This document shows, piece by piece, positions 14,075-28,340 of a stretch of DNA of 64,000 nucleotides. This DNA comes from Camelus dromedarius (Eukaryota): assembly GCF_036321535.1 (NCBI RefSeq), contig NC_087436.1, positions 89,344,001-89,408,000 on the forward strand, in the 5' to 3' direction. Numbering within the stretch: position 1 is the stretch's first letter; every line of letters begins with the position of its first letter. Under the pieces are notes generated by a model that saw only the letters and a program-made list of their open reading frames with translations, searched no databases and was not told the origin of the DNA. Position numbers and translations under genes: made by a program.

Positions 14075-14425
14075 AGAGTTGTGATTTCAGTGTATTTATT
14101 TGAAGATAGCAGAAGATAGTTGGGAAAAAAAACATATGTGAGGTGTCGATAATGACTCCATACTTCGGTGCTTGCATAGTGCCATTAGCAGAAATGGAGA
14201 ACACTAGAAATGCTAATTTGGACAAAAAGGTTATAAGTTGATTTTTGGAAAACTGCATTTGAGAATCAGTTGTTTTTACAATTAGGAATGACTAGCAGGC
14301 AGTTGAATAAAGGACTGAATCTATGATGGATGGGTTAGGGCTAGTGTTACATATTTGGAAGTCACCAGCATGGTTATATTTAAAGTCATAAAATTGGATA
14401 TAATCTCTAAAATGGATATTTTAGA
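14075..14425 (-). mobile_element. L2 fragment
   Basis: Diverged L2-like sequence (gtcgataatgactcca...gtgccattagcagaaatggagaacactagaa...catatttggaagtcaccagcat). Confidence 0.6.
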
Positions 14426-17400
14426 GGGATTACTTGGGTTTCCACAGCTCATCTGTGGCTATCAGAGAGCGATCACTGGGCTCAGTGTTTTATAGATATT
14501 ATTAGCATGACATTTCTTTTTTTTTTCTTAGGTTTTTATGGTGCACTAAGAAAATATCTTCAGAACTACACAAAAGTCCCTGCTATCAAATAGCTTTTAG
14601 GGCTAAGACACCAGGAAACTACACTAAGAGAAACAACGTCTATGAGCTTGTCATACAAAATGGAGAAGTCAAAAGACTAAGTCTTACCACAGGATGTCAC
14701 ATACAACAAAGCAAAGCCAGGGTTGGGGAGTATGTTTTCTCACCCTAGGCAGCCACCGGTGAATAAGACTGGACTGTGGAAGGACCGGGAAGTGATTCCT
14801 GTTTGGAGTAGACCTAAATCTTCCACAGTGTGGGGAGCCTCCTCTAAGACCAAATTAGCTGCTAGCACTCTTGCTCGATTTTTTGCGTGGCATAAATATT
14901 AAAGTGTTATTTGTGCCAACTGAATTGACACTTTTCTCCAAGACAGATTTAACTCAGCTGCAAAACTGACTATTACAAACTTCTCTCTGAATGTAAGTTA
15001 ATTAATTAATCAATTAGTAAGATGGACCTCAGTGTTGGTCTTTAGTTGGCACCACCATTTACTTTCTAACTAGAAAATGTGCCATTTATCACTATGCCTT
15101 GTTTTCTGCTTTAAATCCAGTTTTCTCTTCCAAAAAACTTATCCAAGTTCCTTTGTGAATAAAAATGTACATCCTTGGGATGGATAAAAATGACAATTAC
15201 AGATCCTTCATAAAAGTCAAAGGGATTTTAAAGGCAACCTAATAGAGTTGTTCTTGAGCCATTGGAATGAAAGTTTAGTAGAAACTGCAATCTGTAAAAT
15301 AAGTATGGAACTGTCCTGTTGAAGAAACATCCACCATTAGCTTCCCTGGCCATGCCTGACCCTCAGAGGCCATCTGTGAAAGTCCAAGGGGCATGCTTTG
15401 AGCATTTCTAGATAATCCAACCTTCTACTGGACATGGGAACCATCTCCCATCATGGATGCATGAATAACCAACTTTTCGAAAGTCTCTCAGGTGACATAT
15501 CTCACGAGGTCTATCTCGTCAAAGGCTTTCTACGTGTCTAATTAAATTATTTCTACTGGTAGTTCCTTGTCTACAAGGCATTTATTTATTTTTCAAAAGA
15601 CCAATTTATGCCTGAGAGAATTCAGGTTATTTAGTCAGGCAGGATTTCCTCTTACAGAAACCATACAGACTTTCTCCCAATAGATTCTCATGTGCTTACT
15701 TGTTCAATGACCTTCCTCTGTGTACAGATCAGTGATTAATAAGAGCTCCCTGAGTGATGATGGACCCTTCTGCACAGAAATGAATGCCTTGTTCTCTAAA
15801 TGGAAACTCTGGGTACCATCAGCGTCTCCTGTCTCAGGAATCCTTGGCCTTCTTTAACCTCACAGGCTATATAAAATCATGTCCTAAATGAATCACCAGC
15901 CCACAGCTCTGTGTAGCTTTTTCAGGGTGTGGTTTTTACTATTGCCTGTTCTCATCGGGACACCTGTGCTGTGCATTGTGTGGTCCCCAGATTCCTGTCT
16001 CTTGCTCACATTTTTTGCCCTTTATCTCTATTTTGTCATTGTCCCACCCTCGCTAGTCACTCCCTATCAGGAACCTACTTCACCATACATACTTCTGTCC
16101 TTGAGACTCTGTATAAAATCTCCAGTAGGCGGCGCTCTTGTGCAAAAGCCACAAATAGCTTCAGTAAGCGTGACAATTGGGCAGTGACCGGCCCTTGCTG
16201 GGTTAGACCATGGCCAAGCTGCTGTCCTTATCTGCACAAAGTGTACACACTCTTCTCAAGAGTGGTCTCAGACTCACTGCTCATTAAAACAGAGGAGAAG
16301 AAAATGTAGATTGATTCTGGAAAGTTCGTTACGATGTATTTAGCCAGGATGGGTGTGGAAGATGATGACAGATTTCATAACAAAGTTTATGTTTTTTGGA
16401 CTTCAGTTCCCTTCATGTGCACTCTATATGCTATTTTCTCAGGAAAAATTCAGTTGTATTACTATGCAAAGGAACTCATCCTTAGTCTAAGCATTCAATA
16501 TTCTCAAATTATCCTATCCAGGCTCTTTTCGATGGCTTCCAAATTTATGTGAGATTTTCATATCTAATCCCTTGTTTTGTATCTAACCTCAACACTCTGG
16601 AGGAATTCTTTTAAATGATAATATTCATCATCTCAATAATAAGTCAATGGATTGCACGGTATAAAAAAACTCACAAGTGTCTGCTATTGAATAGAAAAAT
16701 TTTTGTGCCAGAATCATGAAAAAAACCATGTCCTTTCTGACCAGATTGAAGGCTCATCAGAGATACAGTGAGGGAGAGCTTGGTTCTTCAGTTCATTTTG
16801 TCTCTCTCTTATTGTGATTGATGATACAAAAGTAGAACAAAGAACTATGTTTTGGACCATGCCTTATGGTCTTGTAAGCCATTTTTCCATCTCTCTCTCT
16901 TCCTCTTTCTCCTTTCCCTCATTTATTTCAGTCAGTTCAGAGCTGGTAAAGACCACATCAGGATCCCAGTTCAAATCCTTTTCTTTCTTTCAGCCCTTTT
17001 GTGAATTATTTTAAGCAACAACCTCCCTTTCTATCAATTTATACCCAGGCTTGAGTCTTCTGGCCAGTTTGTCCATTTTGTATGTATGTTCCTCTGGTTT
17101 TCTTTCTCACCCATGTTTGACTTGGATAAGAAAAGTGAAGAAGGAATTGGCTAGCATGTCTATCTTCATATGTGACCAGAGACTCCACCCTACCTCACCC
17201 AATCTCCTGAAATGTTAGGGTCTCAGGAGTCCTTGCACAAACCCAGGTGTGAACAGTTAGGAAATACAGTATCTCTTAGACCAACTGACCTCCAGTGAGG
17301 CAAAAAAAAATGACTTTGAAGAAATGCTTTCTAAGCTGAGTTAGAGAGGGTGGCTTCCCAAAAGAACACAATTTGATTTTAAATTTTCTTCACCAAAGAA

Positions 17401-18504
17401 AAAGGAAACAGATTTGAAGACCTCTGAAAGAACGGTTCTTCCTAGGGTTCTATGGCTTTGTTTCTAATCAATTTAAATTTTGTTTTTCAGTAAGGGTGGG
17501 AATTAGGTGAAATAGAAAGGATGTCACCATTATTTCCCAGACTAGCTCATGGATAGAATAAGGACTGGGATCTAGGTGTATTAACAGAGTATAATCCATG
17601 TCATTCACCTGGAATGTACTCAATACATGTTCATCAATGATTTGAATTCCTTGGCCTAGGTTTCACCAATATTAAAAATTTCACTATTAAAAACCCATTC
17701 TTGGACTTCAGCCTTTGCATTTTGTCAGCGCCAAATGCCCTTAAGCAAACTCGTGGAATAAGCCTTCTCAATGGATTGAATATGGTTGTAAATGAGTTTC
17801 ATATCCAATCTTGAAGGCAGGCTTTTATTTTTTTCCTTAATAGAGGGCAAGGTATAAAAAATATGAAAACTCTAGGTTTCCACAGAAGGATGGGAAGGGC
17901 AACGCTTAGATAAGAGAAAGCAGGAATTAAAAGAGAATTTTGCTCAAGAGTCTCCTGATCTCTGGCTGATGATTTTCCTAACTTGTGGTAAACGGTGTCT
18001 GTTTGGGTGCTAACCACACTGTCCAGGTCTGCCAGCACGAGACAGCTCACATTCCACCCTACATCTCTGCCTCTGCTATAGGGTGTGAGGGGACCTATTT
18101 AACTTAGGATCAACAAAAAAACAGGTTATTCCCTTCGAGGGATGTAAGTAGTAGTCCCAACAATATTTAGACAAATCACGTGCCCATGTAAATGGTGTCT
18201 GCTTGGTTGCCACTTGAGTGCCTTCTAAACCAAAACAGGTAATTAAAAAGCCCACTTCCAAGCTCCTTCAGTCTCAGCTCGGATGGACAACTGCATTAAT
18301 GGAGAACATTTCATTCTAACCCATTAGTTTGGCAGTCTGAAATTATCTGAGGTTAAGCTTTCTTCTCTGAGCATTTGGAAATTCTCCCAAAACATCTCTG
18401 TTCCAGATTTTATGCTATATATTCATCCATATTACCCTTTTTCTCACAAACAATTAAACCACTTTGTTAAAATAAACACAAAAAGTATCAATGTCTCATT
18501 TCTT

Positions 18505-18860
18505 GAGTTAGTCTTGGTTGAGCCAAGATGGTGGCGTAGAGAGACTCACAGCCCGCTCTCTCCCAGAAGTACACCAAGAATTACGACTACAAACCCATTG
18601 AAGCGCACAGAACACCTACTGAATTCTGGCAGAGTGTCTCTCATTTTGAAATATAGGAAGATTCTCACAAAATCCAATAAACAACAAGTTTATACTGTAC
18701 AGCACAGGGAACTATAGTCAATATCTTGTAGTAACTTAAGGCTAAATAGAATATGAAAACAAATATATGTATGTTCCTATATGACTGAAGTATTGTGCTG
18801 TACACCAGAAATTGACACAACACTGTAAACTGACTATACTTCAATAAAAATATATTTTAA
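18505..18860 (+). mobile_element. Internally deleted L1: 5' end fused to 3'UTR end, TSD-flanked
   Basis: Starts with the L1 5' motif gagccaagatgg, switches to L1 3'UTR at 18677, ends with aataaa. TSD aatgtctcatttc at 18490-18502 and 18861-18873. Confidence 0.85.
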
Positions 18861-19893
18861 AATGTCTCATTTCCTTTGGCTGATGGATGGGAACTTTGGT
18901 TTGGAAGATGCAGGTTTATGAAGTTTAGAAACCAAACATATATTCAAGGTCATCTTACTTACGCCCTACCCTCCCACTTCAAAAATGAGGATTCTAGAAG
19001 CCAGTGTAACAACTCAGGGTCTACCATTATAAATGAAGTAAATTTCTTCCATTGTAGTTACTGATTAAAAAAAAAAAACTAAATCACCTTTATATTACTA
19101 TATACAATTTATAATGTGTGAAATTAATTTTAGAAATTGCATCCATAAGTTGATAATAATAATAACAATGAAACTCCTCTTGAATGGTTTTTTAGAGCTC
19201 AAACATACCAGGCAGGCATTATCTATTGATCAAGTCCTTCAGTCCAACACCGACTGCTCTTCAAGAAGGGAAAGCAGACAACATTATGCCTAATCATTAC
19301 AAGGAAAAAGAGGGTTCAACTGACTTTTCTCAAGATGATGTGGCAGGCAACAGACCAGCAAAAAACAGAAGCCCGTCTTCAGACTCTGGTCAAGTGCCCT
19401 TTCCACTGAATGACATAGACTCACTTTCACACCTACGTTCTCCGGGTCTCCCCTGCCTTGTCTTTTGAGTTTTCAAGATATAGGACTGCTTGTAACTGTT
19501 ACAGTGTATCATAACCAGTTCACTCTGGAGACATTTATATGCATATATGACAGGAAAAAAAAATTGAAAGGTCAATTTTATTTTCTCCAAAATATGGAGG
19601 AAAGAATTTGTTTTGTTACTTCAGTGTCAATTACCACAGGCAACGGGCTTGTTTTCCCATTAATCTTAGATTGAGACAATTGCTCTGCTAAAGAAATTAT
19701 TGAGGAATCAAAAAATATGTGGAATGTGAAGCTGGTACTCAGAATGTTTAGAGTTTAGGTAAGAGACAAGACCAATGCACATGAAATGTCAGTGAATAGT
19801 AAAGAGACTACATTCCACAGAGCTTCTGGGGGAAATTCACTTCAGGTCAGCCTTTTCAGCTGTGTTCTGAGTCCAGGGCTGTGAGAGAGATAC

Positions 19894-20347
19894 TGTGAGG
19901 CCCAGTCCAGATCTTACATCCCTCTTAGGACTGAGCCACTCCTTCCTCCAGCTGCCAGGAGTGGTGGCTGATGTATGCCAGCTGAGATTCTCACCAGGAA
20001 TGTCCTGGCTGGAGAAAGTCCCCTCTCATGTCACACCTCTTTCTCAGGGACAGCCCACGTCATACGGCTAGTTGATGTTGGAGTGGGTGGCTAGAGGTGG
20101 GGTATGAAGACCCAAGCCATAAGCCTCAATTCCAAATCATTCTGAAGGGTCATTCTAGCTCCACAGTTCTCCTTGGGGTTAATTATGCATCTGTAGCAAC
20201 TACATTTTAATTCAACTTCACCAAAATTTCACCTCTCCCTTTGCCCAGTGCTGCTGCCCTCACTCCCGGACAGGAGCTACTCTTTGATACATCCCAGGAA
20301 ACAGAAATTTCTGTCTCATTGTTTCAGGGGAACCCCACTTGCAACAG
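19894..20347 (+). mobile_element. ERVL solo LTR, LTR16-like
   Basis: tgtgaggccc... start, ccagctgccaggagtg, gggacagcccac and tctgaagggtcattctagctcca motifs, ends ggggaaccccacttgcaaca. Confidence 0.75.
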
Positions 20348-23300
20348 AGTGACATCTTACTTCTCCCTTTTTTATTGTTTTATATTCTAATTTCACCTCT
20401 GATTTCCATCAGAGTTAACTGCACCCACTAAACTCACCTTTCTCCCAAATTTCCCTCTCTCTCTCTCCCCTCTACTGCCTTCCTCCCCCGCTCTTCTTTG
20501 GCCTTCTCTGGACATCTCAATTTAGTTCACGTATGGAAGTGTTCTGTCTAGTTCTCTCATTTACCTCCCTGGATTTATCTTAACATTATGAATCTTCCTG
20601 TCAACATGCCTATCCCCTAATGGACTACCCAGTTATTTTAACCTGAACAGTTTGCCAAACGGAGTATGTCTGACTAGGAGCTTCAATGCTCAGGAACAAA
20701 GGTGGCACAGGGCACCTGCTCTCTGTTTCCACCAGGATAGCTGATTTCAGTCACACGGTATTTACATCCACTGAGTGCTTTGGAAGCTAATCCATGGAGG
20801 GATAGCTGCATTGACAGGAAGATTCATAATGCTGCAAGAAAGTCAGGGAGGGAACTGAGAGAACTGAACAGAAGGTTAGAAAGCGTGGAATACAGACAGA
20901 AGAGTCAGCAGAGCCGGCAGGAGGCCAGCAACAGGCCAGGTGCCTCTGATGAGTTCAAAGCATGGGTTCGGAATTCTTGGGCTTCACCCCCTCTAGTACT
21001 TAAAGGGCCACAGCATCAGGGGTAAGGCGCACTGTGGCCAGAGGAGCTCTGTGCTTCTGAGTCTGCGCAAAACAGTTTTAAGTTGGTGGTCCATATGCTT
21101 TTAAGTAATTGTGCATGTGCTACAGGGTCTGAATTGCTAGATGCCCTCTCCCTACCCCTGCAGCCCCCTATCTGAGTAAGCACCTCAGTATCCACTCACG
21201 AGTTTGCAGCCTCCGTGGGAGATCAGGTAGGAAACCAGGGGAGCAAACAATGAGCGTGACTTACTACCACCCTCGTGTGTTTCTGTGCCCTCAGGTCCTG
21301 TCTCCCCCATTCCTCCCCTATAGTGGCATGGCCGCCATACTGTTTCTGTGAAAGGACGGGGGACTCAGGTTCATTCAGTACCTGCCAGGCGCCAGGTTTT
21401 CTGCTTCCTGTATGGTCGTTTTAATGACATTTTATGTATAGCTAGACGTCAGCGGGCATCCTTTGAGACTGAAATTAATTAACCCACGCCCTTAATCCTT
21501 GTACTATTAAAAGTCCAGTGTTTCCCTGGGATTTTTGTGCATGTCCAGACACATTTTTACAGTCAACTCTGGCTCTGATTTCTAGTTTCTTCTGAGCTCT
21601 TATTCTCACTCTGGTCTGAAGTATATGACAACTCTCTTCCCTGTACTCCGCGCTGACCCACATGTGGAACCCAGCACCTCAAATCCCTCCAACAAAGCGT
21701 TTGTGCAATAATAGACTTTTTTGAAGAAGTGGAGAAGCAATAATGTTTTATATCACAGCAATGAAAAATCACATAGTATCGAATAATGAAATCTCTGTTT
21801 TTGAGTCCCTCAGCCACCCCAACATTAGGAACTATTTGCTGAGAACTTTAACTTCTTTTCCAGTTTCTTAGCATTTTTGGTTGTTCTTCCTGTTCACCAT
21901 GGTCCTCCACGCACTATTCTGTCCTCAACCCCCTTTGTATCATTTATTGCTTAGAGAATTTTAACACTTTTCCCCTTCTTAAACCTAGACATATTTTATA
22001 TTCCTAGAAGTTTATTAACATTTCCCTTAAATGAAGAGACAGATATTCTGGGTCTTACAATCCAGTACTACAGAGTAATTGGTAGTCTTTGAAATGCCAA
22101 TCTTCCCGTTCTTCCTTCCTCCCTGCCATTCTCAGCCACTGGAAAGGGCAGCCCAAAGATTTGTTTTCCTATTTACATAAACAATATCTCCTTCCCTAAA
22201 GAGAAGAAGAAAGCTTGATGAGTATGAATGGCATTTTTTTTTTTCTTGCCCCAGCATCAGAGACAAGGATATTAAGAGAGAGAGCACCCACAAGGACAGA
22301 GCCACAACCCAGGGTGGGCCAACTAACAACCCACACACTTTCCACCATGCTGCTTTTCCAGAACAGATGGTGGCCAGAGGAGTCTCCATTAACTACTAAA
22401 TTAGGGAAACCTAGGGAAAAAGAGGGTGAAAAGATGAGAGAAGAAAGAGGAATTATCAATGAAATTGAGACTGAGTTTGTGATGGAAGTGTTTACTTCTT
22501 TCATGTATACTGAGGAGCAAAGAATGTGAGGTGTCAGGAAATAGAACAGCATGTTGTTGTTAATTTGCTCCGGAATGTTAAGGAGGCAATTTGGGGGAAA
22601 ATAGTCTTTCTTTCAGTGCTGAATATCTACTTATAGCAAGGCATTTCCAAAGCAGCTGTCCAACAGTGATGATAAGTAGGTACCTACAGATTCTTCATCA
22701 AAATTTAAATTTTTATGACATTTAAATTAAATATCATGAAAATTATTCTTTGCTTTTCTGAACTGTTTGTATTGGCCTTTGTCTTTCCCTTTGTATCTGG
22801 AATTTCCCAAACAAACAAACAAACACACTTCTTGGGGATTTCTAACTAGCATCTTTTTAAAAATACATATCTTTACTGGCTGACATGAATTTTTCTTTTC
22901 TACTAACTGTCCAATAAAATCAGGAGTTAAATGGGTTGAGAAGTCACAAAATAAGGTACTGATCTGATGATTTCAATTATGAAAGCCATTCTGATATTTT
23001 CAGATCTTAGGTAAAACCACAACACATGATGCCTAAAATTACAACTTCTCCTGAAGCCCACTTTGTGCTGCATCCACCTCCCCCACCCCGACTCCCCTCT
23101 ACCCCAGATATCGGGAACTATGTATTATCCTTGAACCAAAGGGAATGAAGTTCTGACTTGATCCGCCCTGTGTGGGCCTGCACCTGTGCGCGACCACACT
23201 CCTCAGTGACAGACAGCACAGACACAGTGAACTGTGTCCTTGCTAAACTCCCCACTGAGATATAAGAGCACAGATTATTCTTTAGCTGTGAGGGATGAAC

Positions 23301-24519
23301 AAAAGAGACAAGATCTATGTTGGTGGGTAGCAGTACTGTTCCTTATTTAGTACCAAAAAAAAAAAAAGTAAAGGTGAAAACCCATGAGGGCTTTAGCAGA
23401 ATGTAGTGGTCTCCCCAATAGCCTAACTTTGCATTTTTGAAATACAGAAAGACAGTTTATTTCAAGCAACTTGTTTTGCCTTAAACCATGTTCTGTCAAT
23501 GTCTTTTACTTTATAAATATACTGTTCTTCGGCAGCAAATTCTTCAGTTATTATTTCGGTAAGAGCAAATGAAGTGATCGTTATATTTTCATTGCCATCA
23601 TTTCAACCACACCGAGAGAAACAGAGATTTTAAAGTTTTTGTTTTTTTTAAATACATGTATTTAATTTTTAAAATCAATGTGTTTTAACTGTATATTCCT
23701 CCAGGAGGCAGAAAAATGAAAACTATCTCCTGTAAGCTATGTGGTAATAATAAGTTGCTATTTTAACCTCAAGATGCCATCTGCATTCCATAATGTAATT
23801 TCCCAGTTCTGAAAGGACAGTGATGAAATGATCTGACCTTTACATATTCCTGTTTGATTTCTCTCTCAGCGTTCAGTCAGAAAAATAAGAAGAGCTAAAT
23901 ATACCTGAGCCTTTTCTGACTTCCCCACCCAGAACTGGCTGGTCTGCTTAGCATCTGTCCCCTCCCCATGGGCATGTTTTCCCCTCCTGTGGTTGATACC
24001 TGCCCCTGTTAGAGAATCCTGTTAGAGCGGTTCTTTCCACTGGCAGGAAATCTTGCGAATTGAAAAATAACAATTTTAGATTTTCTGAGTCTACATCTTG
24101 GACTCAAACAAACAAGTGACCCTTGAAGGAAACCTGACAGGAAAAAGACCGTGTTGTCTGTTGTGTGGACCATGACCAGGATGGCAACAGAGGAAGACAC
24201 CGGAACCTGGGCTCCTACCCAACAACCCTCTCCTCTGGTCAGAGTCTTTTTTTTTTTTAAAGTCTTCCATCATGAAAAGATTAAGAGGTAAGGTTCTGTC
24301 CAGGGAAGGAATCCCGCTGAACTGGGGCAAGAACACCGCCTACTCTTTAGGCTTACACTTACTTTGAGGCTTGAAATTCAAAACTGGGTTCTTCTGGATG
24401 GGATTCTGCCTGACCCTTCACTTAGAGAAATAAAAGATCTATTTCTAAGAGCACAATTCAGACCAGGATGAATTCTGAATTGAAAATCAATGATTGTTGG
24501 ATACAATGAGAAGGGGAGT

Positions 24520-25370
24520 GTGACACTGATTTGTAATAAGAAATATGTGTCTGGTCTTCCTGCTCCCCAGCCCTTCAGCTTTTGGCAAAGAGCTCATAAA
24601 AATCCTTCGGATTTCCTAAGTGCAGAGAGCAAGAGAAGTGCCTCTTGTTATGTTAATGAGGAGACTTCTGGAAAGCGCCAAAAGATCAGGGCCTATTGCC
24701 AGCACAGCCAACCACATGATTAGAGGATTGGAATTTCTCCTCCCATCCCCTGACCTCCAGGGAGGGGAGAGGGGCTGGAGATTGAGTTCCAGCTACAGTG
24801 GCCGATGATTTAATCACACCTGCCTGTATAATGAAGTTTCAGTAAAGATCCCCAAAAAACAGGGATCAAAGCTTCCAGTTGGCAAATACATGGAAATTGG
24901 AGAGAGTGGTGCCCCTGGAGAGAGCATGGGAACTCTGGGCCCTTTCCCCATACCTCCCACTCTGCATCTCTTCCATCTTGCTGCTCCTGAGTTATTTCCT
25001 TTTGTAATAAATGGTGCTCTAGTAAGTAAAGTTCTTCTCTGGGATCTGTGAGCTGCTTTAGCAAGAAAAAAAAAAAAAAAAATCAAACCTAAGGAGGATG
25101 TTGTGGGAACCTCTGATTTAGAACCAGTTAGTTACAAGTACAAGTAAAAACCTGGTCTTGCAACTGGCATCTGAAGTGGAAAGGGGACAGTCTTGTAGGA
25201 ATGAACCCTTACGGAATTAACCCTTGAGGACCCTGATGTTATCTCTGGATAGATGGTATCAGAATTGAGTTGTATTGTAGGGCCCTAAGCCGGCATCCAG
25301 AGAATGTTTATAGTATGTGTGGGCAACCTCCCAGCTCCTCCACACACATTGGAATTGGGTCCCAGGACCC
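24520..25370 (+). mobile_element. MER21-like LTR
   Basis: tgattagaggattggaa...cctgacctccagggaggggagaggggctggagattgagttc...ttgcaactggcatctgaagtgg...cagaattgagttg. Confidence 0.8.
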
Positions 25371-25399
25371 AAAAGAGGGGGTTAGATATCTGGCTCTGA

Positions 25400-25585
25400 A
25401 GACAACCAGTCCTGAGCTTTAAACACAACTCCATCACAGATCAGCTTTCCTGGACTCAGTTCTCCACCTGAGAAATAGGGATATTAAATGTTCCTATCTC
25501 AGGTAGATCTTGTAAAAACTGATGTCAAGTATTTATTTTGGTACCTGATACATAGTACATATTCATTATATTTTAATAACTATTT
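25400..25585 (+). mobile_element. MIR fragment
   Basis: ctggactcagttctccacctgagaaataggg...tacctgatacatagta. Confidence 0.6.
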
Positions 25586-26639
25586 CTATTCTTAACATTA
25601 AGGGTTGTCTTTTTCCCTGTACTAAATACTAAAGTATACACAGACTAAAATTGAATGCATTATTTTTAAATTCAATTCAACATGATTTTATTCTGTCCTG
25701 TGCAAAAGAACACTTATCAGGCACAGTCTTCAAGATACTCTCATTACAGAAGACCCTTGGCATTTGAGGATTTAATGTCTCCTAAATCTCCTCTTCATTA
25801 ACTACCAGGAAGGTAAGTGACATGGCAACTTTTTCTGAGATACAAGTTTGAGTAGTATGCACTGTAAGGTCAGTAAGTTAGTTGTTCCAGAAAGAGCTAC
25901 TGAATTAATGACAGCCTAGCCAAGTACCCTGTAACTGCCTCTAAATGTGTGGTTGTAATCTTCTGCTTGAATTATATGTACTCTAAAAGTGATCAAATGT
26001 GGGGATTTTTGGCGATCTTACAATGGATCATCTGTAAAGATCAAGAAAAAGTCTTAGAAGTTCAAACTTCTTAGTTGTGAAGGGTCTTAAAGAAATGTTC
26101 TTTCTCTTGTCACTCTCCTGCCTTTGGATAGAAGAGCCAGATAAGCCAACTAGGACAGATATAATTATCTCTTCTTGTTCTGCAGCTTTCTAAGGATGGG
26201 CACTTCCCAGATACTCTTCGTAGCTGCTTTCAGCATCTTCTCACTCGTTACAGTCAAGATGTTCTTCCTTATGTCCAATCTAAACTTTGCTTCTTTCTTC
26301 AAGTTAAGAATTCTCTCACAAGGGGCACAAAATCCATTCTCTCTTCCTATTTTCAATAAGTACCTGACACAGCACATTAAGTAACACCTTGCATGCAAAT
26401 AAGTCAAATGTGACTTAGATCAGTGAATAGATCAAACCTTTTTATAAACCTGAAGACATTAATCAAACTATTCCTTAATCTCTACAAAGTTTAACGCTGG
26501 GCTAAATAATATTAATTGCTAATGCATTTCACCCTAAGACCCATTTTGTTAAGAATTAATAACATTTCCTAATTTTTGAAACCTCTTTTTGTTTAAACGT
26601 TGTTAGAAGTAATGATGTTTTATGAGCTAATTGATTTAG

Positions 26640-26868
26640 GGGCCATACATAGACTGTGAAGTCAATCTATCTGGGTGCAAATCACAACTCTATCACTTAC
26701 TAGTTGTGTAACTTTGGGCAAGTTTCTTATCTTTTCCATGCCTCAGTTTCCTTATCTGTAAAATAGAGATAATAATGATACATACCGATTAAGTGGGTTA
26801 ATATTTGTAATGTATTTAGAATGGTTCCTGCTGTGTAGAAGTACTCAGTAAGTGTTATTATTATTACT
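26640..26868 (+). mobile_element. MIR, near full length
   Basis: cacttactagttgtgtaactttgggcaagtt...tgcctcagtttccttatctgtaaaatagagataataat...ctcagtaagtgttattatt. Confidence 0.9.
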
Positions 26869-28129
26869 AAGACTCCAAGATAGTTTTCTAGGCCTTAAGA
26901 TTCATATCTGAGGAGCCGTAATTAAAACTAGAAGCCTTGGTAATACTGTATCTACAAACGTTTTACTGCTATTTGCCCTGCCTGGCATATCCTTCCCACT
27001 TAGATTATTGCCCTCTTGAACAGCTCAGCTTGGTTGTACATTCTCTGTCATGTTATGAGTCCTTTTTTTAGTGTTGCTTGGGGTCAAGTGGGACCCCACG
27101 AACATCGTTATCTCTTAATAACTTAGCTTCTCAGTGAGATTCTTGGCCGTTCCTTGAAGGAATAAAGTAAATCCTACCACTTTTACTAACACTTCCCAAT
27201 TCATAGCAAGTCTCTTTGTTCCTGTAAAGCTCTCAGTAAGCAAAGATGAGCTGACAGATGATGTTTTTATTTGTTCTTCTCAAACTCTGGTATAAAAATT
27301 CTTATGAGGCTATCTTGTCCACTCTACCTAATTCTATTGTTGACATTCATATAAAGCACTCATAGCAGTGCCTGATAGATACACAGTATGTGCAAGAAGG
27401 AGGAGGAGGAGGAGATGGTAGTAAATAACTGATATTTTCCCCAAGTCAGGCAACACATTATCTCATCAAGCCTTCAGTGAACTATGAAGAAAGTATAGTT
27501 TACCCTCATTTTAAAGATGGAGAAATTCAGGCTTTGAGTGGCATAGGGTGATCACAAATCCTGACTTTGACAGGATAGTGTTGGTTTATATCTCTTGACC
27601 TGGGTAATAGTAATAGTATTCCCTTTCATTTTCAAAAGTTCATGTTTGGACAATAAATTATATGATTACTCTAGAGTTAATTAATGGCAAGGTAACAGAG
27701 CCTGTAAGTTGAGGAGTTATAATTAAAACCAGAAGGCAACTCCAGAGCCTTAGTCCTTTGGTAAGCCCATGGAAAACAACATATCCAACTTCCTTCATAT
27801 ACCAAGGAATAACACAAAATATGACCATATACAGATTGAAACTTTTAAATTTGAGCAGTGTTAGAGTGAGAACCAAGAGCAAATGATCAGGAGGAAAGGT
27901 GTGGGAAACTCTTTCCATTTCTGCAGTCGGATGTCACAGAATAGTTCCACAATTAGCAGTACTGTGAATTTCAACTACATGATGAAAATCCCAGTATTGA
28001 ACAAAAATATTATTATATTTTATTAGGCAGGATGTGAATTAATGTTATTCCTGATGTCCTGGCATTGAAGAGGGAGAAATTCTTTACAAGTTTGGGAGAT
28101 AATAGTAAAATAATAAAAACCCCAGTACT

Positions 28130-28340
28130 TAACATTCATATAGCAATGTACAGTTTATACATCACATATACAGAGCATATATTTGTACATGATTTATCTC
28201 TTTTGATTCTCAGTGCTCCCTGAAATAAGTAGAGCAGAAATTATTATTTCCATTTTATATGGAACTGAGAATCAAAGGGCTGAAGTAAGTCACGGGATTC
28301 ATACTTGAGAGTATAAATTAGGGTACCACATCATCCTGAC
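28130..28340 (-). mobile_element. MIR fragment
   Basis: atttatctcttttgattctcag...tattatttccattttatatggaactgaga. Confidence 0.6.
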
